A DNA stretch of 37,640 nt. Origin: Octopus sinensis. Taxonomy: Eukaryota. The position numbers were made by a program, and so were the translations under genes. The notes beneath the pieces were generated by a model. That model worked only from the letters and a program-made list of their open reading frames with translations, was not told where the DNA came from and did not search any database. Where the stretch lies: contig NW_021835896.1 of assembly GCF_006345805.1 (NCBI RefSeq), positions 1-37,640 on the forward strand, given 5' to 3'. Shown here in pieces: positions 12,401 to 23,546 of this stretch; within the stretch, counting starts at the first letter, position 1; each line of letters starts with the position of its first letter.

Positions 12401-12520
12401 TTAGTCGAATAAATCGACTCCAGTACTTATTCTTAATGCCAAATATTCTAACTGCGTCTTTTGCCGAACCGCTAAGTTACGAGGACGTAAATACACCAAC
12501 ACCGGTTGCTAAGCGGTTGT
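12401..12520 (-). mobile_element. SINE family A tail fragment
   Basis: TTAGTCGAATAAATCGAC...GAACCGCTAAGTTACG. Confidence 0.7.
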
Positions 12521-12572
12521 ATGTGTGTGTGTGTGTGTGCATGTGTGCGTGTGTTTGTGTGTGTGTGTGTGT

Positions 12573-12876
12573 GGAGGCGCAATGGCCCAGTGGTTTGGAC
12601 AGCGGACTCCCGGTTGTAGGATCGCGGTTTCGATTCCCAGACCGGGTGTTGTGAGTGTTTATTGAGCAAAAACACCTAGAGTTTCACGAGGCTCCGGCAG
12701 GGGATGGTGGCGAACCCAGCTGTACTCTTTCGCCACAACTTTCTCTCACTCTTTCTTCTGTTGGCCTGCTCGCTTAGCCAGCGGGGTGGCGTCATTTGAA
12801 GGCTAAAACAATACGAAGCACATTGTGATCAGCGATGTGTAGCAACATCTGATAGCCTTGTCGGTCACGGTGATCT
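12573..12876 (+). mobile_element. SINE family C with variant 3' tail
   Basis: GGAGGCGCAATGGCCCAGTGG head. Its tail matches 19503-19630 inverted. Confidence 0.85.
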
Positions 12877-12971
12877 ATATATATATATGTATGTATATAT
12901 ATATATATAGATAGATAGATAGATAGATAAACACATACACAGACACACAATCATATGTGTGCGTGCGTGTG

Positions 12972-13346
12972 GGAGAGTGGCTATGTCGTAAGTAGCTTGC
13001 TTACCAACCACATGGTCTCAGGTTCAGTCCCACTGCGTGGCATCTTAGGCAAGTGTCTTCTACTATAGTCTCGGGCCGACCAAAGCCTTGTGAGTGGATT
13101 TGGTAGACGGAAATTGGAAGAGGCTCGTCGTATACGTATATATATATGTGTATGTGAATATGTTTGTGTGTCCTCCAGAATCGCTTGAAACCGATGCTAG
13201 TTTGTGTGCTGTAACATAGCGTTTCGGCAAAAGAACCAATAGAATAAGTACTAGGCTTACAAAAAATAAGCTTTGGTGTGGACTTGCTCGTCTAAAGGCG
13301 GTGCTCCAGCATGGTCGCAACCAAATTACTGAAACAAGTAAAAGAG
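12972..13346 (+). mobile_element. SINE family A, full length
   Basis: Head, body, (TG)n linker and tail ending GAAACAAGTAAAAGAG. Confidence 0.9.
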
Positions 13347-13361
13347 ATGGATAGATTGGTA

Positions 13362-13512
13362 GATATACGACGGGTTTTTTCTGTTACCGAATCCACTCAC
13401 AAGGCCAGAGGCTATACTAGAAGACACTTGCTCAAGGTACCACGCAGTGGGACTGAACCCGGAACCATGTGGTTGGGAAGTAAACCACTTGCCACACAGT
13501 CACTCTAGCGCC
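13362..13512 (-). mobile_element. SINE family A, 5' half
   Basis: GGGACTGAACCCGGAACCATGTGGTTGG...CACAGTCACTCTAGCGCC. Confidence 0.85.
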
Positions 13513-13682
13513 TATGTTCTATGTTTGTATGTATGTATATGTGATTTGTGCGTGTACATGTATGTATATTTTGTAATATACTTAAACACACACACAACAC
13601 ACATATGTATACATATGCATATATTTACATTCACCTAACATACGCAACACATAAAGGAACAGGAATTAGATAAAATATTCAA

Positions 13683-13820
13683 GCTGCGAGCGTTCGCAAA
13701 CGTTATGCAATAAAACGCTGTTCATTCTTTCCCCAAGAGATATATACGGACATTTTCCCCTTCGCACGTGGCGCGGCGGCCTGTCGACTTCGTTTGAATT
13801 CGCCGTCCGCCATTGAAGTT
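13683..13820 (-). promoter_or_regulatory. Candidate CpG-rich regulatory element or first exon
   Basis: 10 CpG in 13763-13810, an E-box CACGTG at 13765-13770 and a YY1-like AATGGCGG on the minus strand. Not repeated elsewhere in the window. Confidence 0.3.
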
Positions 13821-14196
13821 TTGAAGTCAAAAAGATAATGTTTTTTGATAAATTTAACAGAGACGAGGGAGACTTGAATTATGCTAGTCTTTGATAAAAG
13901 GCAACAAACAAACAAGCAAACAAACAAAGAAGTAAATAAATGAATAAATAAATAACTACTGCTCCACCCCCGAGGTTCGAAATTCATGTCACACCAATAT
14001 TATGCTCATGTTTTTTCTCACATTTTTTAAAAAATATAATAGCGTGAAAAAATAATTATTATCAAGTGTTTCATATGCTTTCAATAATATTATTTTTTTT
14101 ACGTATATTTTTAAAGATATACTAATTTCTTTACTTCATATATTTATTTATTTATTTACTTACTTATAAATTTCTTTATTATTTTGCTTATTCTAA

Positions 14197-14597
14197 GGCG
14201 GCGAGTTGGCAAAAACGTTAGCACGCCGGGCGAAATGCGTAGCTGTATTTCGTCTGCCGTTACGTTCTGAGTTCAAATTCCGCCGAGGTCGACTTTGCCT
14301 TTCAACCTTTCAGGGTCGATAAATTAAGTACCAGTTACGCACTGGTGTCGATATAATCGACTTAATCCGTTTGTCTGTCCTTGTTTGTCCTCTCTGTGTT
14401 TAGCCCCTTGTGGGTAGTAAAGAAATAGGTATTTCGTCTGCCGCTACGTTCTGAGTTCAAATTCCGCCGAGGTCGACTTAGCCTTTCTTCCTTTCGGGGT
14501 GGATAAATGAAGTGCCAGTTACGTAATGGGGTCGATCTAAATGACTGGCCCCCTTCTCCGAAATTTCGGACCTTGTGCCTAGAGTAGAAAAGAACAT
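14197..14597 (+). mobile_element. SINE family B (Meta-domain-like core) with tandem second body unit
   Basis: GGCGGCGAGTTGGC head and GAGTTCAAATTCC B box. Core GAGGTCGACTTTGCCTTTC..GGGTCGATAAATTAAGTACCAG. The body restarts at ~14428. Confidence 0.85.
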
Positions 14598-14609
14598 TAA
14601 ATAAACCTA

Positions 14610-14790
14610 AGATGACGAAGTGGAAGAATTGTTAGCTCGCTCGGCAAAATATTTAGCGGCATTTCGACTGTCTTCGTTCTGGGTTCAAATTCCGTCGAAA
14701 CCATCTTTTCAGTATCGATAAATAATGTCAGCTGAAAGGGCCCATGTTGATTACTTCGACTTAATTCCATTCCCGAATTTTCTGGTCTTG
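14610..14790 (+). mobile_element. SINE family B, old degenerate copy
   Basis: GTTAGC..GGCAAAATATTTAGCGGCATTTCG..GGGTTCAAATTCCG. Confidence 0.55.
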
Positions 14791-15134
14791 AACGAAAATT
14801 TGAAACCAATAGGTAGTAAACGTGACAGCATCCTGGGTTGTGGCGCTGAGTGTAATGTAAATTTAAATGGGATAATCTGAAAGGGATGCTGTTTTCTTTT
14901 TTCTTTATTTTACCAAAAAGGAACATTCTCAAATAAAAATAATTAAGTAAACAAAAAAAATTTAATCAAATAAATTTAATAAACAATAAGCAAGAACACG
15001 TTTCAGGACTAAAACATATGTAAGATTATAAATGTTTTCTTTGTAACACACGTACCTATACCGAAAGACCATATGTCTTTTACAAGAGATTTCTTTCGGC
15101 ATAGCTTTTTTATTCTTCCTATTCCTTTCTGGGT

Positions 15135-15516
15135 GGAGGCGCAATGGCCCAGTGGTTAGGGCAGCGGACTCGCGGTCATAAGATCGTGGTTTCGATTCCC
15201 AGACCGGGCGTTGTGAGTGTTTATTGAGCGAAAACACCTAAAGTTCCACGAGGCTCCGGCAGGGGATGGTGGTAATCCCTGCTGTACTCTTTCACCACAA
15301 CTTTCTCTCACTCTTACTTCCTGTTTCTGTTGTACCTGTATTTCAAAGGGCCGGCCTTGTCACTCTCTGTGTCACGCTGAATATCCCCGAGAACTACGTT
15401 AAGGGTACACGTGTCTGTGGAGTGCTCAGCCACTTACACGTTAATTTCACGAGCAGGCTGTTCCGTTGATACGGATCAACCGGAACCCTCGTCGTCGTAA
15501 CCGACGGAGTGCTTCC
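15135..15516 (+). mobile_element. SINE family C, full length, with 14-bp TSD
   Basis: TSD ATTCCTTTCTGG(G/A)T at 15121-15134 and 15517-15530. A and B boxes present. Tail GTCGTAACCGACGGAGTGC. Confidence 0.92.
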
Positions 15517-15619
15517 ATTCCTTTCTGGATAAACCTGAAAGCATGAAGGCTCGTAAGATTTAGTATAACTAAAGATGTATTTTTCTCTTTTATTCTTTTA
15601 TTTCTTAAAGGCGGTGCAT

Positions 15620-16008
15620 GAGCATCATCTTTAAGGTAAAAGTCAACCTCAGCGTAAGTTGAACCGAGAACGTAAAGATGGCCGAAATGCTGCTAAACAC
15701 TTTTCCCCTAGCATGCTAACGATTCTGCAGCTCACCGCCATGTTGAAGGAACATTTTCTTTCATAGCAGATCTAAAGATTATATAAATATTGATTTCAAA
15801 TTTTGACAGAAGACTAGCAATTTCGGAGGAGGAGGAGGAGACTAGCAGTTTCGGAGTATTCAGCTGGTATTTACGTGTTATATCGAGCCCCAAAAGGATG
15901 AAAGGTAAAGTCACCTGACCTCGCGGAATTAGAATTAAGAACATAAAGGCGGACGAAATGCCACTAAGCATATCGTTCGGCGTGCTAACCATTCTGCCAG
16001 CTCACCGC
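15620..16008 (-). mobile_element. Two degenerate SINE family B 5' fragments (~15620-15740 and ~15890-16008)
   Basis: Both end in GCTAAC..TTCTGC(C)AGCTCACCGC, the reverse complement of the family B head. Confidence 0.65.
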
Positions 16009-16694
16009 ACTGAGAAGACCGACCAAGTAAAGGACCTGGGTATCTTGGTGGAGTCTTCCTTTTCGCCTTCGACCCAATGCGTCCATGCTGCCAACAAAGC
16101 ACGCGGAGTTCTGTTTTTGATTCGACGGTCATTCGGAATGCTCACAGCAGCCATATTCTTACCGCTCTATGTCACGCTGGTGAGACCCATATTGGAGTAC
16201 GGGATTCTCCTTATCTCCTCAAAGACTTACATCATCTCGAAAGAGTCCAGAAGCTGGCTACCCGCATGGTTCTTGGTCTCAAGCATATGTCTTATGAAGA
16301 AAGGCTGAAGACGCTCGACCTTTATTCACTCGGAAAACGACGACGCCGTGCTGATCTCATTCTCGCTCACATCATAAGCGGCAAGTGTAACCTCTCGAAA
16401 GAGCTGTTATTCACTCCTGCTCCAGAGCGTGGGCTGCGGGGTCACTCCGAAAAGATCTATCTACTACGATTTCATCTCAATCAAAGGAGAGGGGCTTTCT
16501 CCGTCCGGGTTGCGGATCCGTGGAATAAGCTGCCGGACGAGATAGTGAAGATGCCGACGACCGCTCGGTTCAAAGTCTCTCTTGACCAGAAATGGCCTGA
16601 ACTCTTTGTATGACCACCCTGCCTGTACATAACTCCCTGTCCCCCTACATGGCCTTGCTTTTGTTTTTTGAGCCAATTAAAATTGAATTGAATT
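16009..16694 (+). mobile_element. 5'-truncated CR1-group LINE: RT C-terminus (one frameshift), 3' UTR and (AATTG)n tail
   Basis: VKDLGILV, LYVTLVRPILEYG, LERVQKLATRMV, SYEERLKTLDLYSL.KRRRRADLI, FSVRVADPWNKLP: the canonical CR1/L2 ORF2 C-terminal motifs. Confidence 0.92.
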
Positions 16695-16708
16695 GCAAAA
16701 AATATATA

Positions 16709-16870
16709 TTGTTGGCATCCCTTTTGTCTCGGGAGACAATGGAGTTGCGCATAAAATAATCTAGTCCGGCTTTTACATTTCATGTCCTAATACATTTCCT
16801 GCAGTGGGTGTGTAGTCCTATCCTGGACAAACTCCCTCTGGCAGGTTCCGCAAATGTAGCGTAGACTTTA
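16709..16870 (-). mobile_element. RTE-type 3' end (non-autonomous RTE derivative)
   Basis: Minus strand ends TTGTCTC-CC-GAGACAA hairpin + AAGGGATGCCAAC. Homologous to 37305-37375. Confidence 0.6.
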
Positions 16871-16918
<48 letters not shown>

Positions 16919-16984
16919 GATTATCATATATATGTCAAGAATTCAGAAATTCGAATATCTGAAAATATACATATACGTTAAATA

Positions 16985-17370
16985 GGCAAAGGTGTGGCTG
17001 TATGGTAAGTAGTTTGCTTACCAACCACATGGTTCCAGGTTCCGTTCCACTGCGTGGCACCTTGCCCAAGTGTATTCTACTATAGCCCTGTGCTGACCAA
17101 AGCCTTGTGAGTGGATTTGATAGACGAAAACTGAAAGTAGCCCGTCGTATATATATATATATACGTGTGTGTGTGTGTGTGTGTGTGTCTGTGTTTGTCA
17201 ACCCCACCATCGCTTGACAACCGTTGTTGGTGTGTTTACGTCCCCGTAATTTAGCTGTTCTGAAAGTGTGATTGATAGACTAAGTACTAGACTTACAAAA
17301 GATAATTCCTGGTGTCGACTTTTTCGACTAAAGGCGATGCTCCAACATGGCCGCAATCAAATGAATAACC
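16985..17370 (+). mobile_element. SINE family A, full length
   Basis: Head, body and tail colinear with the other copies. Confidence 0.9.
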
Positions 17371-17781
17371 AAAATCTAAATTACTATTTTAAAAATTGCT
17401 ATTTTGCAAGACTCATGATGTGAATTCATGTGTTGAAACAAATATTGTTGTGCCTTGGGAGGGCCATTACACCAGTAATATTAGCACACGTACTGATCTA
17501 GTATCACTTCTCTGTTAGTCACTAGGTTAAATATCTAACCACCTAACTAATCGATCGTTTGCTTCAAATGTGTTGATTAGACTTTAAGACTCAGAGCATA
17601 CTTTGGAAGGAGTCGACCAAAGAAATCATTGAGAATGTCGCGAGCAGCGAAGAAAGGACTTCAACAAGCAATTGCCTCTGTCTTCCCCGTCTCTCCATCC
17701 TTCCCTCCCTTCCTACTTCTCTCTGCTTTTGTGTGAGCCCTTGGGTATGTTTGTATCACGTCTAATATATCTCTCCCACAG

Positions 17782-18015
17782 GGCGGCGAGCTGGCACAAA
17801 CGTTAGCACGCCAGACGAAATGCCTAGAGGTATTTCGTCTGCCGTTATGTTCTGAGTTCAAATTCCCCCGAGGTCGACTTTGCTTTTCCTCCTTTCGGGG
17901 TCGATAAATTAAGTACCAGTTACGCACTGGGGTCGATGTAATCGACTTAATCCCTTTGTCTGTCCTTGTTTGTCCTCCTTATGTTTAGACCCCTGTGGGC
18001 AATAAAGGAGTATAC
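17782..18015 (+). mobile_element. SINE family B monomer with 13-bp TSD
   Basis: TSD ATATCTCTCCCAC at 17767-17779 and 18016-18028. Confidence 0.92.
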
Positions 18016-18225
18016 ATATCTCTCCCACTTTCACTCACTAGTTGTATTTTCATTATTATATTTCTGCGCGCGTGTATGCGTGCTAAAAGCTATTGTCATC
18101 AAAACAAAGTTAAAGAGCCAGTCAGCTGTTCCAAATCTTCAGCGTCTAAACAGCTGCGCACTATTGTCTCATTTCGCTCGTAGCTACCACGTCGTATTCT
18201 AAAAATTCTACCTTGGATTGCATAG

Positions 18226-18293
<68 letters not shown>

Positions 18294-18527
18294 TCACACT
18301 CATACACTAAACAATGCATATATAAAAATTACAGATGTACACGCATACACATAACTTTTATATTCATAGATAGATATATACACACATGCATGTGTGCGCA
18401 TGTGTGTGTGTGTGTGTATGCATATGTGTGGGTGAGTGTGTATGGTTTTGTGTTCATTTACAATTACACACACACACGCACGTGTGTGGAAAGAGAGAGG
18501 GGCGAAGAGTGGAAAATAAACAGTGGA

Positions 18528-18567
<40 letters not shown>

Positions 18568-19061
18568 AGAGAAAGGGATAGCGCGAGATAACGAGAGGTG
18601 GTAGAATGTAGGTTTAAAAAGGCCATAGAGATCACGGCATTGACATCTGGGTGTGCACCCTTAATAGTTTACAATTAAATCGACATCACGTGATTTTGTC
18701 ATTTTTCTTACATTAAGCTTCTTTCAGCCATTTAATAACTCGTTGACATTCAGAAAGAATTTCTCCACCATTTTCTCTCAGTATTCTTTAACCGACTCTA
18801 CCTTCCTGCGATCTATTTTTTATGTGTGTGTGTGTGTGTGTGTAGGTGTGTGTGTGTGTAGGTGTGTGTGTGTGTGTGTACTAACGCTGAAAATGCATTG
18901 AAGCATACTCTATACACACATGCTATATGTATGTATGCATGTATGTGGCTATCTATATATATATATATAATAAAATATTAGGGAATAAATCCAAACTTAC
19001 AGGGAAAAATCAGATTTAGGATTGAATCCAATTTTATAGTAAACTATTATATTATATTAAA

Positions 19062-19285
19062 TTAGAGATAAACCACTATTAGGCAAATCATACAATGAAA
19101 AACTTAAGCCAATATATAAGATTAAATTTTATATTATTTAATATATATCAAAATTATTAAAAAAGATAATTAATTATCTTTTTTAATAATTTTGATATAT
19201 ATTTAAATAATATAAATTAATTAATCGTATGTATTGGCTTAAGTTTTTCATTGTATGATTTGCCTAATAGTGGTTTTATCTCTAA
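19062..19285. repeat. Loopless ~224-bp AT-rich palindrome (foldback)
   Basis: Centre GATAATTAATTATC at 19165-19178. Arms TTAGAGATAAACCACTATTAGGCAAATCATACAATGAAAAACTTAAGCCAATA. Confidence 0.85.
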
Positions 19286-19312
19286 ATATATATATACATA
19301 CATATATATGTA

Positions 19313-19364
<52 letters not shown>

Positions 19365-19502
19365 TATATATATATATATACATATATATATACATGCATA
19401 CATACATACATATATATATACACACACCTATATATTATATATGCACATATGTATGTATGTTTGTATGAATGTATGTATATATGTATATATATATTGATAG
19501 AT

Positions 19503-19630
19503 AGATCACGTTATCGCATGCCCGACCAGCCTACCAGATGTTGTTACACATCACTGGTCACATTGCACTTTGCGTCATGTTAGCCTTCGAATGACGCCCC
19601 CCCCCCCGCTGGCTAGGCGAACAGGCCAAC
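19503..19630 (-). mobile_element. SINE family C variant tail fragment
   Basis: Inverted match to ~12760-12876. Confidence 0.7.
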
Positions 19631-19825
19631 ATCACTGCCACCCCTGATAGGAAATGGGGACTGAAGTAGCATGAAAGGAAGTGTATGCGTGCTAAAACCC
19701 GGAAAGTTGTACTTCAGAAGCAAACTACTCACTACACCCCAACCATATATATATATATTTGTAAAAAATGAAGTTTGAAAATGCTGCTATATTAGACAAA
19801 TTTTTGATTTTTATATATACATTAT

Positions 19826-21399
19826 TTATTTAACATGTTTCGGTTCTTGAAATGACGAACCTTATCAAAAATTTATATATAAAAAGATAGTTCATGCTAT
19901 CAAATATAAAAAATTCATATATAATAAAAAATTCATATATAGTGGAGCGAGTCCATGCTATATGTTTAAAGAGTATGAAGTAGTAGTAGCTGTATCGTAT
20001 GTGGAAACCGACCAAGCAGGGTGACAATAGATTGCCCACTGAGGTAATACGTCATCAGTTTCTTGACGAATCAGGATTAGATCTGCTCGTACAGATCTTT
20101 TTATGAATTTTTTTCCCTTTCCCTAAGACATATTTCTGTCAGTGTGAGTGACTGTTTAAGGCAGCGGCCGTGGTGGAATTTCGCTTCTCCTTTTCGGAGG
20201 ACCAATCTTTTGTTTTAATATTCCTAGCCCAGGGTGTTCAAACTTGGTCTACATTTTTTGACGAAATACAGTTCTTTATTTTGGCGTTGTGTGAAGGTTA
20301 CGCTGTCACTGAATTTATAAAGCGGGTAAGTTGTAAATTTCGGATTTACATTTCCAGCACATCTATCTATGTGTCCGCTGACCGGTATTTTCCGGTATTC
20401 AGGGTTTCTAATTTGTGATTTATGCACCACCATCCTGTTACGTAAGCTGTTTTTTGTATGGCCTATATACTGCCTATTGCAGCCTGGCGCATGTTGACGT
20501 AAATTAAGTTTTCTGATGCGCAGGTGGTTTTGCTCTAATGGTGAACTGATGGCCTTGTTTTCTATATAAATTCTGAACCTTCTATCAAGATGACACAGAT
20601 TCCGCAGTTGGGCCTTCCACATTTTCTAACTGCTGGTTTGTGGTTGATGTTGAGTGCAGTTTAGCTTGGGTTAAAATCCTTTTCAAGGATTTTGATTGCC
20701 GTTTACTTTTAATGATGGTGTGTGTTTCGAGGATCCGGTTCATCTTTGGGTCTCCCTTAGTAGGGCTGTGCTTTGTAGTATGTGCTGAAGGCCTCATTGT
20801 TGAGTGGGTTGTGTGTAGAGATGTAGGGAAGGGTTTTTAATTGTTCTTTCTATTTTGGTTTTGTTTGTCTCAGGTCTTCTATACTTAATTTGAGTGCCCT
20901 TGGATTGCACTGTCTATTAGGGGCTGTGGATAGTTTATATTTGTGTGAGTGTGGTTCTAAGTTCCTGGAGACGTGTGTGTCGGGTGTTTGTGTCTGATAT
21001 TATGGTGCAGATCATTCTAGCTAAACAAAAAAGGGACATTTATTCTAGTGTGTCGTGGGTGGCATGAATCAAAGGTAGGTATTGTTTGGAGTCTGTCGGT
21101 TTATAGTAGATATCTGTCTCTATTTGTTGCCGGTTTTTCTAATAGGATGTCTAAAAATGGTAATTCTTCTTCGTTATGATCCATCGTGAATTGTATATTA
21201 TCATTTATTCCATTTAATAGTATTTTAAATTCCTCAAGTTTCTCTATACTTTTGTCCCAGATGATGAAACAGTCATCGAGGTATCTTTTCCAGTTGTTCT
21301 GGATATAGGTGGAGAAGGTGTTTCCAAATTTCTCGAGTGTTATCCGGTAGAGTATTTTCTCGAGGTATCCCATCACTAGGTTGGCAAAAGATGGTGCAG

Positions 21400-21400
<1 letters not shown>
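19826..21400 (-). mobile_element. 5'-truncated, frameshifted Penelope-like retroelement (RT + GIY-YIG endonuclease + 3' region)
   Basis: APSFANLVMGYLE, WKRYLDDCFIIW, QFTM..NEEELPFLD (21101-21400); thumb region TDIYYKPTDSKQYL after a frameshift; GCNRQYIGHT...RNRMVVH...ELYFVKKCRPSLN (20224-20480). Truncated at a (TA)n tract. Confidence 0.92.
19828..19872 (-). ncRNA. Minimal type I hammerhead ribozyme, U3-A8 core variant
   Basis: ATTT TTGATAA GGTTC-GTCATTTCAA-GAACC GAAAC AT GTT AAAT: stems I and II are perfect, stem III is palindromic (AACATGTT). Located at the Penelope 3' end. Confidence 0.65.
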
Positions 21401-21432
<32 letters not shown>

Positions 21433-21619
21433 TGTGTATACATATGTGCATAAAGAGGTACACAAACGTGCACTTTTAATTAGATATATTTATATATATA
21501 TATATATATATGCGTGTGTAAATGTGTGTTTATACACGTATGTACACACACATGCACTTATGCACGTCACCCCCACAGTGCATATTCCTTATAATTATGA
21601 CTTGACTACGTGAACAAAT

Positions 21620-22970
21620 ATTCACTGAAGATCCTAGTCCCTCTCAGTTCATTGGTGACCGATGAGACTTACCCAATATGATTCTCGTAACTGCAGCAGC
21701 TTCAAGAGGACCTTTTTTCTCCTTTTGGTGCACTGTGTCACGGTTGCCCCGCAGTCTCCTCCTCCCTACACGTTAATTCTGTGTCCGTTCCTGAAGGAGA
21801 TGTTATGCTACTGAATCGCCTGTCACAAAGCCTCACGATCGGATGCGATAGCAGACCACTGTTGAGGATCCACGGGCCAGGTTGCAAATGAGTTAGTCAG
21901 AACTCTTGTTTTTTTTCATTGGTGCTTCTCTGACACTGTAACCAGATGGAAATTCTTTTGCCATAACCGCATAATATGTGATGATCTGCCATGTTTGCTT
22001 CGGGCGATTTCCACTTACGCAGCTTGGCTTCGATGCCGGTGTCTTCAATGTCGGTAAAAATATTAATAGGTGGTCAATAAGCAGATTCATAGAACGTCGG
22101 GTCGATTGCCTTTGGAGAAATCATTCCAGATCCTCACACTCTGAGTTCAAATCCTGGCAAAGTTAAATTTGCTTTCAATCCTCTCACGGTTATTATATAC
22201 CAGTCCTATACCGAGATAGATTCTTCTCTTTCCCTCTCTTTAACATTTCCGCTATCTACCTATGTATGTATGTATGTATGTATGTATGTATGTATGTATG
22301 TATGTATGTATGTATGTATATCTATCTCTATCTATCTATCTGTTTCTCTCTCTCTATATATATATATCTGTTTCTTTCATGCTTTCTGTTTAGTAGTTAG
22401 AATTGGAAAGAGATTGAATCCGCCAGGTCTTAAAAAAGACCCATTGCTTGCCCCATGGCAGAACGGTGCCCATACGAACTTATCAACGAGTTAAAGGCCA
22501 CCTTCATCGATTGGCAAAAAAGTCGAGGCAGCGCAAATGGAACTTCTAAAGATGTCTCAGATGTTGATAGTATGTAGTCCACGACGCAAAACAGTAGAGT
22601 GGAGAAGTAAGCAGCACAACGGCTTTGTACACGCTGAACGTTGAGCTTTTCCACAAATGCTTTGTATAATCTGCCAAATGAAATGCTGGATTTAGTTAGT
22701 CTATTTTGCATCTGACGAGATAATAGGACACAAGTAGCTGAACAGTTGGCGTATCTTCATCTCTGTCTCACTAACGGTGATGCAGTAAAAGTAGTAATAC
22801 TCCTCAGTTATGGCTTCGTGGAAAACTTGTCTTCTTCAAGGTGGTTTCCGCTGTAAAGAGCTCTGCAACCTGTGAAAAGCAAGATGTTATATATCAAAAG
22901 TGTGGCTCTGTGTTTGCAACAGGGGCAGCATCGGGTGAATTGTTCAAGAGTTTTAGCATGGAAACTTTGT
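21620..22970 (-). mobile_element. Decayed RTE-clade LINE (RT to C-terminus), interrupted by a SINE fragment and microsatellites at ~22130-22470
   Basis: Minus-strand fragments read across frames: QNRLTKSSISFGRLY, VYKAVVL, SWTTYYQHLRHL*KFHLRCL, DTGIEAKLRKW, DPQQWSAIASDR. Many stops and frameshifts. Confidence 0.8.
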
Positions 22971-23092
22971 TGCCTTTAATGAAATTAGCCGTAATTAGTG
23001 TCGTATAGAATATAAATACCACGTGTCTTATCGAAATTTTCTGTGGCCCTTACGATTAAGAGAATACTCCTGAGGATGCAACCCTGCTTTAT

Positions 23093-23327
23093 ACCTATTT
23101 CTTTACTACCCACAAGGGGCTAAACACAGAGAGGACAAACAAGGACAGACAAACGGATTAAGTCGATTATATCGACCCCAGTGCGTAACCGGTACTTATT
23201 TAATCGACCCCGCAAGGATGAAGGGCAAAGTCGACCTCGGCGAAATTTGAACTCACAACGTAACGGCAGACGAAATACCGCTAAGCATTATCACCTGGCG
23301 TGCTAACGTTTCTGCCAGCTCACCGCC
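23093..23327 (-). mobile_element. SINE family B monomer
   Basis: Reverse complement of the family B consensus. Ends AAAGAAATAGGTAT. Confidence 0.9.
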
Positions 23328-23338
23328 TTCTCTTTATC

Positions 23339-23389
<51 letters not shown>

Positions 23390-23546
23390 CACCGTCGCAG
23401 GGTTACTCATTTTTGCCAGCTCAGTGGACTGTGGCAGCGCGAAATTAAGTATTTTGCTCAAGATCAGAATGTTTTGCGCGGTGCAAGAATCGAAACCACA
23501 ATTTTATAATCATAAGTGCAATGCCCTGACCACTAAGCCATGTGCA
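23390..23546 (-). mobile_element. SINE family D-type 5' portion
   Basis: Minus strand GCACATGGCTTAGTGGTCAGGGC...GGTTTCGATTC...CTTGAGCAAAATACTT. Confidence 0.65.

Noticed and set aside
15225-15285. HDV-like ribozyme in SINE C (UCCACG loop, GG, GCGAA-like)
   Set aside because: The loop and J4/2 resemble HDV, but P1 and P2 partners are absent. The segment instead forms a simple local hairpin, reported as a finding.
17581-17744. Possible exon (DFKTQSILWKESTKEIIENV...) ending at GTATGT
   Set aside because: Weak acceptor, the second half is CT low-complexity sequence, and no family was recognised.
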